DNA of 64,000 bases from the NCBI RefSeq assembly GCF_009914755.1, contig NC_060926.1. One strand, 5' to 3'. This document shows positions 12,229-28,895 of this stretch, one piece after another. The DNA comes from the human T2T-CHM13v2.0 reference genome, Homo sapiens. The position numbers and the translations under genes are program-made. Every line of letters starts with the position of its first letter. Positions within the stretch are counted from its first letter, which is position 1. A model generated the notes under the pieces. It saw only the letters and a list, made by a program, of their open reading frames with translations, had not been told where the DNA came from and ran no database searches.

Positions 12229-14523
12229 TGTATTAGTCTGTTTTCATGCTGCTGATAAAGACATACCCTAGACTGGGAAATTTACAAAAGAAAGAGGTTT
12301 AATTGGACTTATAGTTCCACGTGGCTGGGGAAGCCTCACAATCATGGTGGAAGGCAAGGAGGAGCAAGTCATGTCTTACATGGATGGCAGCAGGCAAAGA
12401 GAGAGAGCTTGTGCAGGGGAATTCCTCTTTTTAAAACCATCGGATCTTGTGAGACTTAATCGCTGTCACAAGAACAGCATGGGAAAGACTTGATCCCATG
12501 ATTCAATTACCTCCCACTGGGTCCCTCCCATAACACATGGGAATTCAAGATGAGATCTGGGTGGGGACACGGCCAAACCATATCATCCCACCCCTGGCCC
12601 TTCCCCAATCTCACATCCTCACATTTCAAAACAAATAATGCCTTCCCAACAGTCCCCCGAAGGCCTAACTCATTTCAGCATCAACTCAAAAGTCCACAGT
12701 CCAAAGTTCCATCCAAGACAAAGCAAATCTCTTCTGCCTATGAGCCTCTAAAATCAAAAGCAGGTTAGTTACTTCCTAGATTCAGTGGGAGTACAGGTAT
12801 TGGCTAAATTCAGCCATGCCAAATGAGAGAAATTGGCCCCTTTGTTTTCACAGGGGCTACAGGCTCCATGCAAGTCCAAAATCCAGCAGGACGGTCAAAT
12901 CTTAAAGCTCCAAAATGATCTCCTTTGACTCCATGTCTCACATCCAGGTCACGCTGATACAAGAGGTGGGTTCCCATGGCCTTGGGCAGCTCAGCCCCTG
13001 TGGCTTTGCAAGGTATAGCCTCCCTCCTGGCTGCTTTCATATGCTGGCGTTGAGCACCTGCAGCTTTTCCAGGCACACTGTGCAAGCTGTCAGTGGATCT
13101 ACCATTCTGGGGTCTGCAGGACGGTGGCCCTCTTCTCACAGCTCTACTAAGCAGTGCCCCAGTACTGCTTAGTAGCCTCTGTGTGGGGGGCTCCAACCCC
13201 ACATTTCCCTTCTGCACTGCCCTAGCAGAGGTTCTCCATGAGGGCCCTGCCCCTGCAGCAAACTTCTGCCTGGACATCTGGGAGTCTCCATACATCTGAA
13301 ATCTAGGTGGAGGTTCCCAAATCTCAATTCTTGACTTCTGCACACTTACAGGCTCAACACCACATGGAAGCTGCCAAGGCTTGGGGCTTGCACCCTCTGA
13401 AGCCATGTCCCAAGATCTACATTGGCCTCTTTCAGCCACAGCTGGAGTGGCTGGGACACAGGGCACCAGGTCCCTGGGCTGCACACAGCACAGAACCCTG
13501 GGCCTGGCACACAAAACCACTTTTTCCTCCTAGGCCTCTGGGCCTGTAATGGGAGGGGCTGCCATGAAGACTTCTGACATGCTCTGGAGATATTTTCCCC
13601 ACTGTCTTGGGGATTAACATTCGGTTCCTTGTTACTCATGCAAATTTCTGTAGCCGGCTTGAATTTCTCCTCAGAAATTGGGATTTTCTTTTTTATCATA
13701 TTGTCAGGCTGCAAATTTTCCAAACTTTCATGCTCTGCTTCCCTTAAAAAACTGAATGTTTTTAATAGCACCCACGTCAACTCCTGAATGCTCTGCTGCT
13801 TAGAAATTTCTTCCGCCAGATATCCTAAATCATCTCTCTCAAGTTCAAACTTCCACAAATCTCTAGGGCAGGAGCAAAATGCTGCCAGTCTCTTTGCTAA
13901 AACACAAGAGTCACCTTTGCTCAGTTCCCAAGTTCCTCATCTCCATCTGAGATCACCTCAGCCTGGACCTTATTGTTCATATTGCTATCAATATTTTTGT
14001 CAAAGCTATTCAACAAGTCTCTAGGAAGTTCCAAACTTTCCTACATTTTCCTGTCCTCTTCTGAGCCCTCCAAACTGTTCCAACCTCTGCTGTTACCCAG
14101 TTCCAAAGTTGCTTCCACATTTTCAGTTATCTTTTCAGCAACACCTCACTCTATTGGTACCAATTTACTATATTAGTCCATTTTCACATGCTGATAAAGC
14201 TATACCCCAAACTTACAATTTACAAAAGAAAGAGGTTTAACTGGACTTACAGTTCCATGTGGCTGGGGAAGCCTCACAATCATGATGGAAGGCAAGGAGG
14301 AGCAAGTCACATCTTTCATGGATGGCAGCAGGCAAAGAGAGAAAGCTTGTGTATGGGAATTCCTCTTTTTAAAACCATCAGATCTCATGAGACGTATTCA
14401 CTGTCACAAGAACAGCATGGGAAAGACTTGTCCCCATGATTCATTTACCTCCCACTGGGTCCTTCCCACAACACGTGGGGATTTAAGATGAGATCTGGGT
14501 GGGGACACAGCCAAACCATATCA
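12229..14523 (-). mobile_element. Full-length THE1A-like MaLR LTR element (LTRs 12229-12585 and 14169-14523)
   Basis: Two ~355-bp direct LTRs (TGATATGGTTTGG...GACTAATACA on minus), ~1.6-kb internal region, 5-bp TSD TATGC at 12224-12228 and 14524-14528. Confidence 0.92.
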
Positions 14524-15852
14524 TATGCCAAAAAGCAAAAGCCACAGTCTCAAGAGAAAAGCAAGCATCAGAACCAGACTTAGATATGGCAGAGATTCTG
14601 GAAGTATCAGACTGGGAATCTAAAATACTAAGATTAATATGTTAAGGGCTCTAATGGAAAAACTGGACAACATGCAAGAACAGATGGATAATGTAAGCAA
14701 AGAGATGGAAACTCTTAGAATCAAAGGAAATGCTGAAATCAAAAACACTATCAGACTTAGATTAGTCGTAAATTCATATTTACAATGCCTTTGACGGGCT
14801 CCTCAGGAGGAAGGAACCAGTGGGCTTTAAGATATGTCAGTGGAAACTTCCCAAACTGAAAAGAGAGAAAAGAAAAAGAATATTCAAGAACTGTGGGACA
14901 ATTATGAAAGGTGTTACATGTGTATAATGGAAATAATAGAAGAATAGAGAGAAAGGAACAGAAGAAATATTTGAAATAACAATGGCTGAGGATTTCCCAA
15001 AACTAACGATATATACCAAACCACATATCCAGAGCCCAGAAAACACCAAGCAAGATAAATACCAAAAAATCTATACCTAAGCATATCACATTCACACTGT
15101 GAAAAAATCAAAGATGAAGAAATTTAGTATCTAGTGCAAGTATCCTTCAAAAGTGAAGAAGAAATAAAGACCTTCTCAGACAACAAAAATGGAGGAATTT
15201 TTTGCCAGTAGACTTGTCTTGAAGGAAATATTAAAAGAAGCTCCTTAGTGAGAAGGAAAATGATATAAGCCAGAAACTCAGATCTACATAAAGAAAGGCA
15301 GAATGTTTGAGAAAGAAATGAAGTTTGTAAAATACAATCTTTTATTTTTCATATTCTTAACTGATCTAAAAGACAGGTTTGTTCAAAACAATGAAAACTG
15401 CAAAATACTGGGTATTACAGCTTAGGTATGAATGAAATGTATGGCAGCAATGTTATAAGGGATGCGAGGGAGCTATTCAGTTGTAGAACAGGAATTGGGT
15501 TACTCTGTTATGAGATACTTGTACTAACCATGAAATTGTATAGTATTCGAAAGTGGACTTAGATTAGTTGTAAATCCATATTTACAACTGTGGCATACAT
15601 ACAAAAGTGGTTCTAGGGCAATCGCTAAAAAAATTTTTAGAGTATAATTAATATGCTAAAAGAGGAGATAAAATGGATTCCTATCAAATGCTCAATTAAC
15701 ACCAGAGAAAACAGAAACTAAGAGACAAAAAAAGGAAACAAAAAATTAGGGTAATGAATAGAAAACAATTACAAATATAGTAGATATTAATCCAACTATT
15801 TCAATCATTGCTTTTGATAAGAATGGTCTTAACACACCAATTAAAAGACAGA

Positions 15853-16455
<603 letters not shown>

Positions 16456-17447
16456 GACTATTTGAGTAGATAAAAAAAAAAAAAAGACCCAACTACCCAA
16501 CTATATGTTATTGCTGTCCACAAGAAACCTACTTTAGAAATAAAGACACAGATAAATTAAAAGGACAGAAAAAGATATACCATGCTAACACTAATTGATA
16601 AGGCTGGAGTAACTATATTAATGTCAGACAAGTAGATTTCAGAGCAAGGAAAATCATCAAGGATAAAGAGAGACATCACATAAATTATAAAGGGGTCAAT
16701 TACCCAGGAAGACACAACAATCCCATGTGTACGTGCCTAACAACAGGGCATCAAAATATATGAGGCAAAAACATATATAAATGTTTTTAGAAATAGACAA
16801 ATCCACGATAATAGCTGGAGATGTCAACACCCCTCTATCAGTAACTGACAGATTCAGCAAGCAGAAAATCAGGAGGATATAGTTCAACTGAATAGTACCA
16901 TCCATCAACTGGATGTACTAACATTAATAGAATACTTCCTCTAACAACAGCAGAATATACATTCTTCTCCCACTTGTATAGAACATTCACCAAATAGACC
17001 ACATTCTGGGCCATATGACACACCTTAACAAAGGTAAAAGAATAGAAATCATACAAAGCATGCTCTCAGACCATAATGGAATTCAACCAGAAATCAGTAA
17101 CAGAAAGATAGCTGGAAAATCCCCAAATACTTAGAGATCTAAAAACACACTTATAAATAAACACAGGAGTCAAAAAAGTAGTCTCAAGAGAAAGTTAAAA
17201 AATATATATTTTGAACTAAAGAAAATGGCTGGGCGTGGTGGCTCACATCAGTAATCCCAGCACTTTGGGAGACCAAGGCAGGAGGACTGCTTGAGCCCAG
17301 GAGTTTGAAGCTGCAGTGAGCTATGACTGTGCCATTGCATTTCAGCTCAGGCAACAGAGACCCTGTCTCTAAAAAAGAAAATGAAAATACAACTGCTGTG
17401 TAATAAGGAATTTGGCTGGTCTTTGTCCCTAGAGCTCTTGGGTCACT

Positions 17448-18750
17448 AGGTGCATTGTAAATGAGCAGTAAGATTTTAAAAGGCATCTTTTCTCCTGAGC
17501 AGCAATTCTCAACAATGGGCTTAAAATCTTCAGTAAATCATGCTGTAAACAGATGTGCTGTCATCTAGGCTTTGTTCTTCCATTTACAGAGCACATGCAA
17601 AGTAGATTTAGCATAATTCTTAAGGGCCCCAGAATTTTCAGAATGATAAATGAACATTGGCTTCAGAAATTACCAGCTGCATTAGCCTCTAACAAGAGAG
17701 TCAGCTTGTCCTTTGAAGCTCTGAAGCCAGGTACTGACTTCTCTGCTAGCTATGAAAGTCGTAGATGGCATCTTTTTCCAATAGAAGGCTGTTTCATCTA
17801 CATTGAAACTCTGTTGTTTAGTGTAACTACCTTCATCAATTATCTTAGCTATATTTTCTGGAGAACTTGCTGCAGCTTCTACATCAGCATTTGCTGCTTC
17901 ACCTTGCAGTTTTGTTAGGGTTGTGGCTTCTTCCCTTAAACCTTATGAATCAATCTCTGCTAGCTTCCAACTTTTCTTCTGCAGCTTCCTCACCTCTATT
18001 ACCCTTCACAGAGTTGAAGAGAGTCTGGGGCCTTGCTTTGGCTTAAGGGAATGTTGTGGATGGTTTGAACTTCTATCCAGATTACTAAATTTTCCTCCAT
18101 ATCAGCAGTAAGGCTGTTTCACTTTTTTCTCATTTGTGTGTTCACTGGAGTAGCACTTTTGATTTCCTTCAAGAACTTTCCCTTTGCATTCACAAGTTAG
18201 CTAATTGGTGTAGGAGGCCTACCTTTCTACCTATCTCGGCTTTCAACATGCTTTCCTTATAAAGCTTAATCATTTCTAGCTTTTGATTAAAGTGAGAGAT
18301 GTGTGATTCTTCCTTTCATTTGAACACTTAGAGGCCACTGTATGGTTATTAATTGCCTAAATTCAATATCATTGTGTCTCAGAGAACAGGGAGGCCTGAA
18401 GAAAGGGAGAGAGATAAGGGAAGAGGCAGTGGGTGGAGCATTCAGAATACACAAAATGTTTATCCATTAAGTTTGCCATCTTCTATAGGTGCAGTTTGCG
18501 GCATCTCAACACAATTACGATAGTAATGTCAAAGATCACTGAGCACAGATCACCATAATGATATAATAATACAAGTTTGAATTATTGCAATAATTACCAA
18601 AAATGTGACCCAGAGACAAAGTAAGCACATACGGTTGGAAAACTGGTGCTGATAGATTTGCTCAGCACAGGCTTACCAGAAACCTTCAATTTGTAACACA
18701 GCATCTGCAAAGGGCAAGAAAGTGAAGCATGATCAAATAAGGCATGCCTG
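17448..18750 (-). mobile_element. Tigger1 DNA transposon, 5' half, degenerate
   Basis: Terminal repeat CAGGCATGCCTTATTT at 18750; decayed transposase start (xTG GCC TCT AAG TGT TCA) near 18338; other end absent. Confidence 0.82.
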
Positions 18751-19322
18751 CATTAGAGTTTCAGGGCTGGTTCATCCACTATCACTGCTGGTGTAGAGCT
18801 GAGTTCAACGGCGGGCATAATGGGTGGTTGAGAAGCAGGCTGAAGGAGAGCTAGCACTCCCAGCAACCCCAGCTCTAGCTTTCCTATACAGTAACTGTTT
18901 ATTTATTTACAAAAAGTTTCTGTAGCAATAGGGTCTTGCTGTGTTGCCAAAGTTGGTCTCAAACGCTGGTCTTGAACTATCCTCCCCTCTCAGCCTCCCA
19001 AAGTGAGGAGATTATGGGTGTGGGCCACCACACCTGGCCCAGAGTGACTGTTTAGTGTTACCTGTTTGCTTTGTGAAGAAATAAATCTGCAATTCAAACA
19101 TGGAAAGATGTGCAAAATCTTTGTTTGCTTGGGGAAAAGAATTACTTAATAGATAGAATTTTGCTTTATATTTATTTTGACAATCTTACTAACATTAATT
19201 TGCTTTATAGGTACCTATACACAAATTCTTATCCCCTTGTGGGTTAGAAACTTTAATTATTATAAGACTATGCACTCTGCTGTGTGTATGTGTTTAAGCA
19301 TCACAGAAAAATACATTCTACG

Positions 19323-19732
<410 letters not shown>

Positions 19733-20459
19733 TCATATTATATGATTCTATTTATATAAAAAGTACAGAGTAGGCAAATCTATAGAGACAGAAAAAATTA
19801 GGTGGTTGCCTGAGGCTGGGGACTAGAGGGTGAGGGCTAACAGGTATCTTTCTTGGGTAACAAAAATATTCTAAAATTGACTGTGGTGATGGATGTATAA
19901 CTCTGTGAATATACTAAAGGCCATTGAATTGTATGCTTCAAATAGGTAAATTGTATGGTATGCAAATTATAGTTCACGAAAGTTGTTAAAAGAAAACAAA
20001 CTTGCTGTTGATATATCCCACTGTGGATTTAAAAATGTTTAATTTAAATATACATTAAAAACACAAGTAGCTGACAGATGTTAAGAGTCAATGATAAGAA
20101 TAAGGGCTATAGAATATAGATAAAAGCCAGGTGGGCTGGCCATTTAATTGTATTGTAGTATAAAAATATTTTATAAAAATTCAGTCAGCACTGAAGCTTA
20201 CAAGTTTTACATATAATTTTGATTATCTGGAGTGGATGAAAACTTATAAAGTTAAGATGATCTTATCAGTAGAAAAGATATTCTAAACCATTTTAGCCCA
20301 AAGAAGCATTTTGATTGCCTAATTTAACTTTGCAAAGGAGAAGTAAATCTTATGCTGGTCTCTGTAAACCTCACAGCTGGAACATTCTAACAGCACCTTG
20401 CAGTTTCCAGTGATCAAAGTAAGTTACTTTATATACTAAACTAAGAATTTCATAATAGA

Positions 20460-20586
20460 AATAATGCAACACCAGGGGGTGTGGTTATCATGAAATAATT
20501 ACACTCCTGAGAGATTACAGGCACAAGGCTGTACCCCAGGAGTGTGATTATCCCATGATAACCACATCCACTGAAATTGCCTTATT
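20460..20586. repeat. Long imperfect inverted repeat (hairpin-forming element)
   Basis: 31-bp arms at 20479-20509 and 20537-20567 match 27/31; outer 10-bp arms match 9/10. Confidence 0.85.
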
Positions 20587-21281
20587 GCAAAAATAATCTC
20601 TATTCACTGGTGAGACATTATTCAATAGGTGATTTTTTTTTAAATGAAAAGACTTTTTTTGTAGCTTGAATCAGCAAGTGGATTAGAAAATTGGTCAGTT
20701 TATTTTTCATTGCATTCAAATTCAGAACACAACATCATTATTTGCTTTCCTATTTCATACAGAATTTTGATTTTGATTTTGAGAAATCTTTAAGAGTTTC
20801 TATTAGCTTTAGTTAAGTACTACTGCTAAATTTTAAGTCAAACTTTAAAGGCATTAATTGAGCAATTCAATTTTAAATAATTTACTTCTATGTACAGTTT
20901 TTAATTCTTCTAAAACAATGTTAATTTAAAAAACTTATAAATGTAATGTACCTTCACTAATGGAATTACAGGTAAGCCAAAAAGATGAAATTAAAAGTCG
21001 CAAGTAATCCTACCACCCAGACACAACCACTGTTAATATTTGTCTATCTCCTTCCAATCCTTTTTCTAAAAGTATCTGTCTCTCTGTCTACATGTCTACC
21101 TAAAGATACAAAGAGAAACACAAATGTAACTACTGTTTCATAACCTGCTTTTCTTATTTGACCAAAGGTTGTAAACAATGTCCATATCATTAAGAAATCT
21201 TCATATCATTTAATGGGATAATATTCCACTGTAACAATATTCTATAATTACTCACTTAATATCATTTTATTAGATATCTAG

Positions 21282-21605
<324 letters not shown>

Positions 21606-24018
21606 TGACTGAATGTTTGAACATATCCATGATTATTTCCTTAGGGTAGATTCATGACTTTGTAATAAGTAAAACATAATTTAAAGAAACAGAAAAATGT
21701 ACTTTGCTCCCAAATCGTCAATTGTTCTTACATATAGTTTAAGCTGATGGTTCTCAACCTTGATGATGCCTAAGAAATAGATCAGTAACTTTCATCATTT
21801 TATGTGGCATCACAGATGGTGAAAGTTACTGATTTTTTAAATCATAATTTTATCATAGAGTTCAGACATTCTAAGATACAAGATTTAAGAAATTAAAATA
21901 TCCAATGTATTTACAAGTATTTGTTCTCAAACCATGTCAGTTTGAATGGAAAAACTGGAAATGGAAATTTCCCTAGCATCTTATTCTATAAGACTGAGAC
22001 AAAGAATTAATTCAGTCGGCTAGTTATTTCTCATCATGAACATAGCCTTTACAACACACCAGTAACTCTGCTTTTTTTAGCTGTTCCAATTATTCTGAAA
22101 ATAAGTTTAATACAGGAGTACAAAGGAAAACATTAGCCTTCTGAAGAATATCATGTGACAGTCAATGTTTGAAAAGCCTAAATTTTAAGTTTCTTTTTAA
22201 TCACACATTTTAATATAAAAATAAAATTACCTGTAATTTCACCTAATTAACATACTATTTTAATTTTTCTGTTTCTTTCCAGTCCTAATTTACATGCCCA
22301 TAGATTTATATTAGAATCATAGCATAGATTCAATTGTATTCCTTAGTTTACTCAAGATATCAACAGTTGACTTTGCCATTCCCCTAGGGCTGGATATTTA
22401 GACTGTTTACAATGGTGAAAAATTAGAAATGTTGAAAATGTCTTCCCTCACCTTAAAAAAAAAAAAAAAAGCTCTTTCAACACATTACCACCTTTCCTTT
22501 TCCTCAATACTATCCCCCTGTGTGTGTGTGTGTATGTTTTGCCTGTTTCTTCTCACAAGCAAAACACACACATACACACACACATACACACACACTCTTC
22601 CATGGCATTAATTTTGCTTACAATGGTTTCACCAAACTTTCAGATCGTGAACGTCATCTTGGAGAGTAAGATGCTCAGACTTCTCCCTCCTCTCAGGGCT
22701 CTTCTACAACAGCCCCTCTGCAACAGGGGCTTGGGAACCAACATTTACACAAAATACTTAAGTGAACCTTTACATTAGGTAAGTTTGAGTAAACACTGGC
22801 TACAGCATCAGTGGCCAAGCCCTTTCGGCCAGCTTTTTGAGAGCCATTTAAATCTGTTGCTATCATTTAAAGTCATCCAAGTTAAATCTTCTGTGCTTAT
22901 GTTTTTCTTTGAATCTTTCTTTTTTGGTCAACCTTTCTTTCTACCTAAGTTTTAATTCTTCAAAGCTCATTTTAGTCCCACCTCCTCTATTAGCTACATA
23001 ATTTAACACTCAGTTACTCTCTATTAAATAGAGCCTTACGTAATACTGTACTTTGTTTTCCTGACTAGGTTGTAAACTGGGATTACTCTATGTTATTTTG
23101 ATGTGTCTGATTAGATTGTAAATCAGGGGTTGTGCCTGTATCTTCTATGAGCTTGGGTTCAAAAAAATAAAACTTACTGGCTGATGTGCAAGATGTCAAA
23201 TACAGAATTGGCAAATACAATTATTTCAAAAAGTAAGCAAAAAACTTCAGTTCTAAGAATTAAGCAAATGCAGGCAGAGAGATGTTAAGCAGCTTGCCTA
23301 AAGTTACACAGACACTAAGTAGCAAAGCAGTTAGCTACGTATGGAGCTACAAAGATGCCTGGCTGTAAACCTGGCAGCTGTGTAGCTCCACAGCTCCTCA
23401 GTCTGTGTGCTTAACCGCTAAGTACATGGCTTCTCAGAACTGATGGTTTCCTCTATACGAAAGGTTATTCCTTTTGCCTAAGATGCTCAATACTCTTTTC
23501 CCATGTCTTGCATGCCAGCATCCTTCCTGTCATTTAGGTCTCAGCTTAACATTGCTTCCTTAGAGGAGCCCTTCCTGATCACTTAATCTAAAGTAATTCC
23601 CCATTTAGTTCTTATCACAGTAACCAATTAAACATTCATCACAGCACTTATAAATACCTGAGATTTTCTTATTTATTAGTTTACTGTGTGTCATTCCCAA
23701 TATAATGAAAGGTTTTGGTATTCTGTTCCTAGAGCCTAGAACAAGGCCTGGCACAGAAAAAGTGCTCCATAAATGATGATTGAATAAATATGTTTATCTT
23801 ACAAACCACTGATGAACATTTAGGGTTGTTGCCAATCTTTCACTACTATAAATCTTTGAAAATCTGCCTTATCACTTTTTTAAATAAATTACTGGAGGGC
23901 AAATTTCTAGGTAAAAAGGTATGCATGTTTTTCAGGCTTTTGATATATATCAGCAAATATATAACCTCTCCAGAAAGGTTGCTCTAATTTATCAAGAGAG
24001 GATTAAAATGTTCATTTT

Positions 24019-24325
24019 GGCTGGGCACGGTATATCACACCTGTAATCCCAGCACTGTGGGAGGCTGAGGTGGGATGATCATTTGAGCTCAGGAGTTTGA
24101 GACCAGCCTGGGCAACATGGTGAAACCCCATCTCTACAAAAAGTACAAAAATTAGCTGGGCATGGTGGCTTATGCCTGTGAGTCCCAGCTACTCAGGAGG
24201 CTGAGGTGAGGGGATTGCTTGAGCCTGGGAAGCAAAGGTTGCAGTGAGTTGAGACCCGTGTCACTGCCCTCCAGTCTGGGCAACAGGATGACACCGTCTC
24301 AAAAAAAACCAAAAAACAAAATAAA
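24019..24325 (+). mobile_element. AluJ
   Basis: Dimer; TSD AAAATGTTCATTTT. Confidence 0.9.
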
Positions 24326-24561
24326 ATGTTCATTTTACCACACTTGTGCCAATATTGGATGCATACTTTTTAAAAATCTTTACCAAGGTTCGATGGGCAA
24401 AAAGGTAACATATTTAGTTTTCATTCCTTTGGTTATTAATGTTGAAAATATTTTCATATGTTTAATGGTCATCTGAATTCCTCCTTTTGTAAACTATCTT
24501 TATGTCCTTTGCTCCTTTATGTTTGCGTGTTCATCTTTTTCTTATTGACTTGAAAGAACAT

Positions 24562-24854
<293 letters not shown>

Positions 24855-25208
24855 TGAAAGAACATTTTATATGTTAGGGGTATCCGCCTCATGCAGAGAA
24901 ACCATACTATTTCCACAAAGGTAATGTTCTCATCTTCTCCCACCCAGGTGCTCAATTCATTTAGATAGAGAAAAAGAATCACTAATATGTAGACTTCTTA
25001 AGCCTGGTTACATAAATGTTAAAACTTGATAGGAACCAAATACTTGAGCATTTTTTCTACTTCATTCACTTGATCCTGAAAAAGTTCATTTTACTAAGGA
25101 ATAGTACCACAGTAAAACCCCACCATAAGAGGGTTCCAAAAATGTCAATTGTATAAATTGAGTGACTGAGTTATTATAAGGTTAATGAATAGAAATGGAG
25201 GGCTGGAG

Positions 25209-25552
<344 letters not shown>

Positions 25553-26182
25553 TTATTATATCTGAATTCACATAATTATGGGCATGTTTTTTTGAGGTTT
25601 TAGTGTTTTCAATACTCTTAAAAACAGGTTAACTATTCAGTTAGCACAAGTTCTTTTGAATGTTAGCAGACTTTCTAATACAGACTCAAAGAAAATCAAG
25701 TCTACTGATTATTAAAAGAAAGCACTGAGTCTGGAGTCTATACTACTCAGGATCAGAGTTACACAAGGCTGAGGCATAAAGACAACCACTACTTCTGCCT
25801 GTCCCAAGTCAACCCATGAGTCATGCAGTCATAGGGGCACTATAAAGTTCGAGTGAAAGAAAAGATAAGATGCAACCCTTTCCAGAAAACAGGTTATACT
25901 TGCAGATATAACAACAAATCCCTGTGACTAAAAAAGAAGTGGTCAGAAATATTTGAGCCAACGGGTATATAACACACACCACTCCATTTTCTTTGGGGCT
26001 TTATTTCCTTTGAGGCCTTTCTCCCTTCTTCTACTAGTTAGCTGGGGGCAAGGGAGGAGGAGGCATTAGGTATGTAAGCTTTTAAGGGTACCTGTACTGG
26101 GGTATCAGTGGGATGTTCTTTTGTCAGAGATTGCCAGACCTGTTGTGTCACCTGACAATACTGAGCGAATAATTTCCTTCTA

Positions 26183-26555
<373 letters not shown>

Positions 26556-27620
26556 TCATCAAATTCCTAAACTCCTAATAGGAGAACTGGCACTTTGAAC
26601 CCTATAGCCTGAATCAGCTTGCTGGAAAGAAGCAGGATCTCTAGCTAGTGATTAGTGGCTGAAGAACGTATGTTGATTGAGGGTAAACCCTGGGCTCAGA
26701 ATGAGGCAGCAGTGAAAGCCAAAGGAAGTCTAAGGAGGTGCATCACAGGCCTTGGTGGCCTGAGAGGACAGGGCTTCATGCCCAGAGCATCTGCTTCAAT
26801 AGAGCAGCCCTGCTTTTATATGTTCTGTATACTGAGGTTTCATGTAAGATTTCTTAAAAGAAAAAAAAAAGGTTCTCTAGCTGCTTTAAAAATGCAAAAA
26901 ATCTCTGAGTTATACTATCACCCTTATTTTAAAATAAGGAGCTGAAGTTCATAAAAGTGAAAGGACTTGCTTAAGGTTACAGGATTAAACAGATTATTTC
27001 TATTATGATCTATTACAGGTTAGGGTTGGATTATTGTGCCTGTTTCAATAATATACTAACAAAGCACTAATAAATTTAAGTTAAAACTTCTCAGTTTAAT
27101 ATCTCTTTAGAAAAAGAACCAAAATAATCTAAACCAAATTAGATCAATTTTTCTGAAGTAGACAGTAATATGTAGGACAGTAAGTAACTTTAACTAAAAA
27201 ACAATTTTAACATACTCAGCTTTGTTTTTACCTCTGTACTAAAAAGAGATGGCTGCTGAGGCTTTCAGTACAGTCTATTTTTATAATTCAGGATATGAGT
27301 ATGAGAAATAAGCATTTTTTCCTTCCATTTTTAGGCTACTAGCCTGATAAACTATGTTTAATGTATTTTACTTTAAAACTTAGTTCATAGGGCCTTTGGC
27401 TGGAAAAATTAAACTTAATCCTATTACACAGCATTTTAATTCAACATATATGATCAGAGTTTCCCATTAATCATATTTTGGGAATGGTCTTAGTCAAAAA
27501 CAAACAAACAAGCCCCACACACAAACCCAAATAAAACAATACCCAGAAAGAGTAAAGAAAAATGTTGTTTTATCTTTCCTTGTTTGTCCTCTCCCGAAAC
27601 AAATCATGTCTAGTGCCTAC

Positions 27621-27738
27621 CTGAGCCATCAGTGGGAACCGAACTTGCATTGATTCCAGAAAGACCAAACAAAGGACATTCTCGATCTGTGTTGACATGA
27701 CCCCATTTGTGACATTTAATGCACCTCACATTTCGAAC
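27621..27738 (-). CDS. CIR1: CIR1 coding exon 7 ([39 protein letters not shown]), CX2CX4HX6C zinc-knuckle-like motif
   Basis: TCTCAG acceptor, CAG|GTAGGC donor, 118 nt, phase 0 to 1. Confidence 0.95.
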
Positions 27739-28092
27739 CTGAGAAATAATGAATGTGATTTTGGTTACTAAAAAAGTAAGAATCTAACCAATGTTCAAAT
27801 TCCTATTCCTTGATAGAATTTAAGCTAAATTACATTTTTAAAAGATCTCCAGGGAAAAAGACTCCAAACTATGTTTGGTAATTTAATACAAAGACTAAAA
27901 TCTTTCACTATAAATTTTGCCTAGAAACTAAGCTGAATCCCATTTCTTTTTGCCTCTCACTTGGTGGCAATATAATGTCATCCAAAAAGAAATGGTAAAA
28001 TACCAAAAAGAATTAGGGCGTTATGTGAAGAATTTAAGCTTAAATTCTCTCATTTTAATAAGTAAACCTTTAAAGTTTCAAATTTCAAAACC

Positions 28093-28300
28093 TGGAGCTG
28101 GTAAACATTTTCTGTAAAGGTCCAAATGTAGTCAATATTTTAGGCTTTTTGGGACAGATGTTGTCTATTCTAACGACTCAACTCTGCTGCTGCAGTGGGA
28201 AAGCAGCCACAGCCAATAAGTAAATGAATAGGCAAAGCGGTGTTCCAATAAAACTTTCTTTACAAGGATTTGCCCTCTGATGATAGTCTGTCCCGATTCT
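28093..28300 (+). mobile_element. MER58-like hAT MITE
   Basis: GGTAAACATTTTCTGTAAAGG...AATATTTTAGGC...GTGTTCCAATAAAACTT. Confidence 0.6.
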
Positions 28301-28342
28301 AAACCAATAATAGATTTAAATCTTTTCTTGACCTTGAGCTGA

Positions 28343-28716
<374 letters not shown>

Positions 28717-28895
28717 TGATTCCTGTCTTTTATCAGCCTACTACATTTTATGTTTTCTCCTCTATTCCTTATATTATCTGATACAAATAAAAACCATAGT
28801 GCCCCTTTTCAGCTTAAACACCTTTTAGACAACAATATAAAGATACATTTATTAAATAAAAATTATTCTTACAGAGTAAAATATGTGTCACTTGC

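Noticed and set aside
12810-13858. 236-aa and 170-aa ORFs (and the 223-aa ORF at 38470-39141) as novel genes
   Set aside because: They are fragments of the generic THE1-internal reading frame in two LTR elements, frameshifted, with non-ATG starts for the longer ones and no sign of domestication.
17448-18750. Domesticated Tigger transposase
   Set aside because: Start codon lost, no long minus-strand ORF, 3' half missing.
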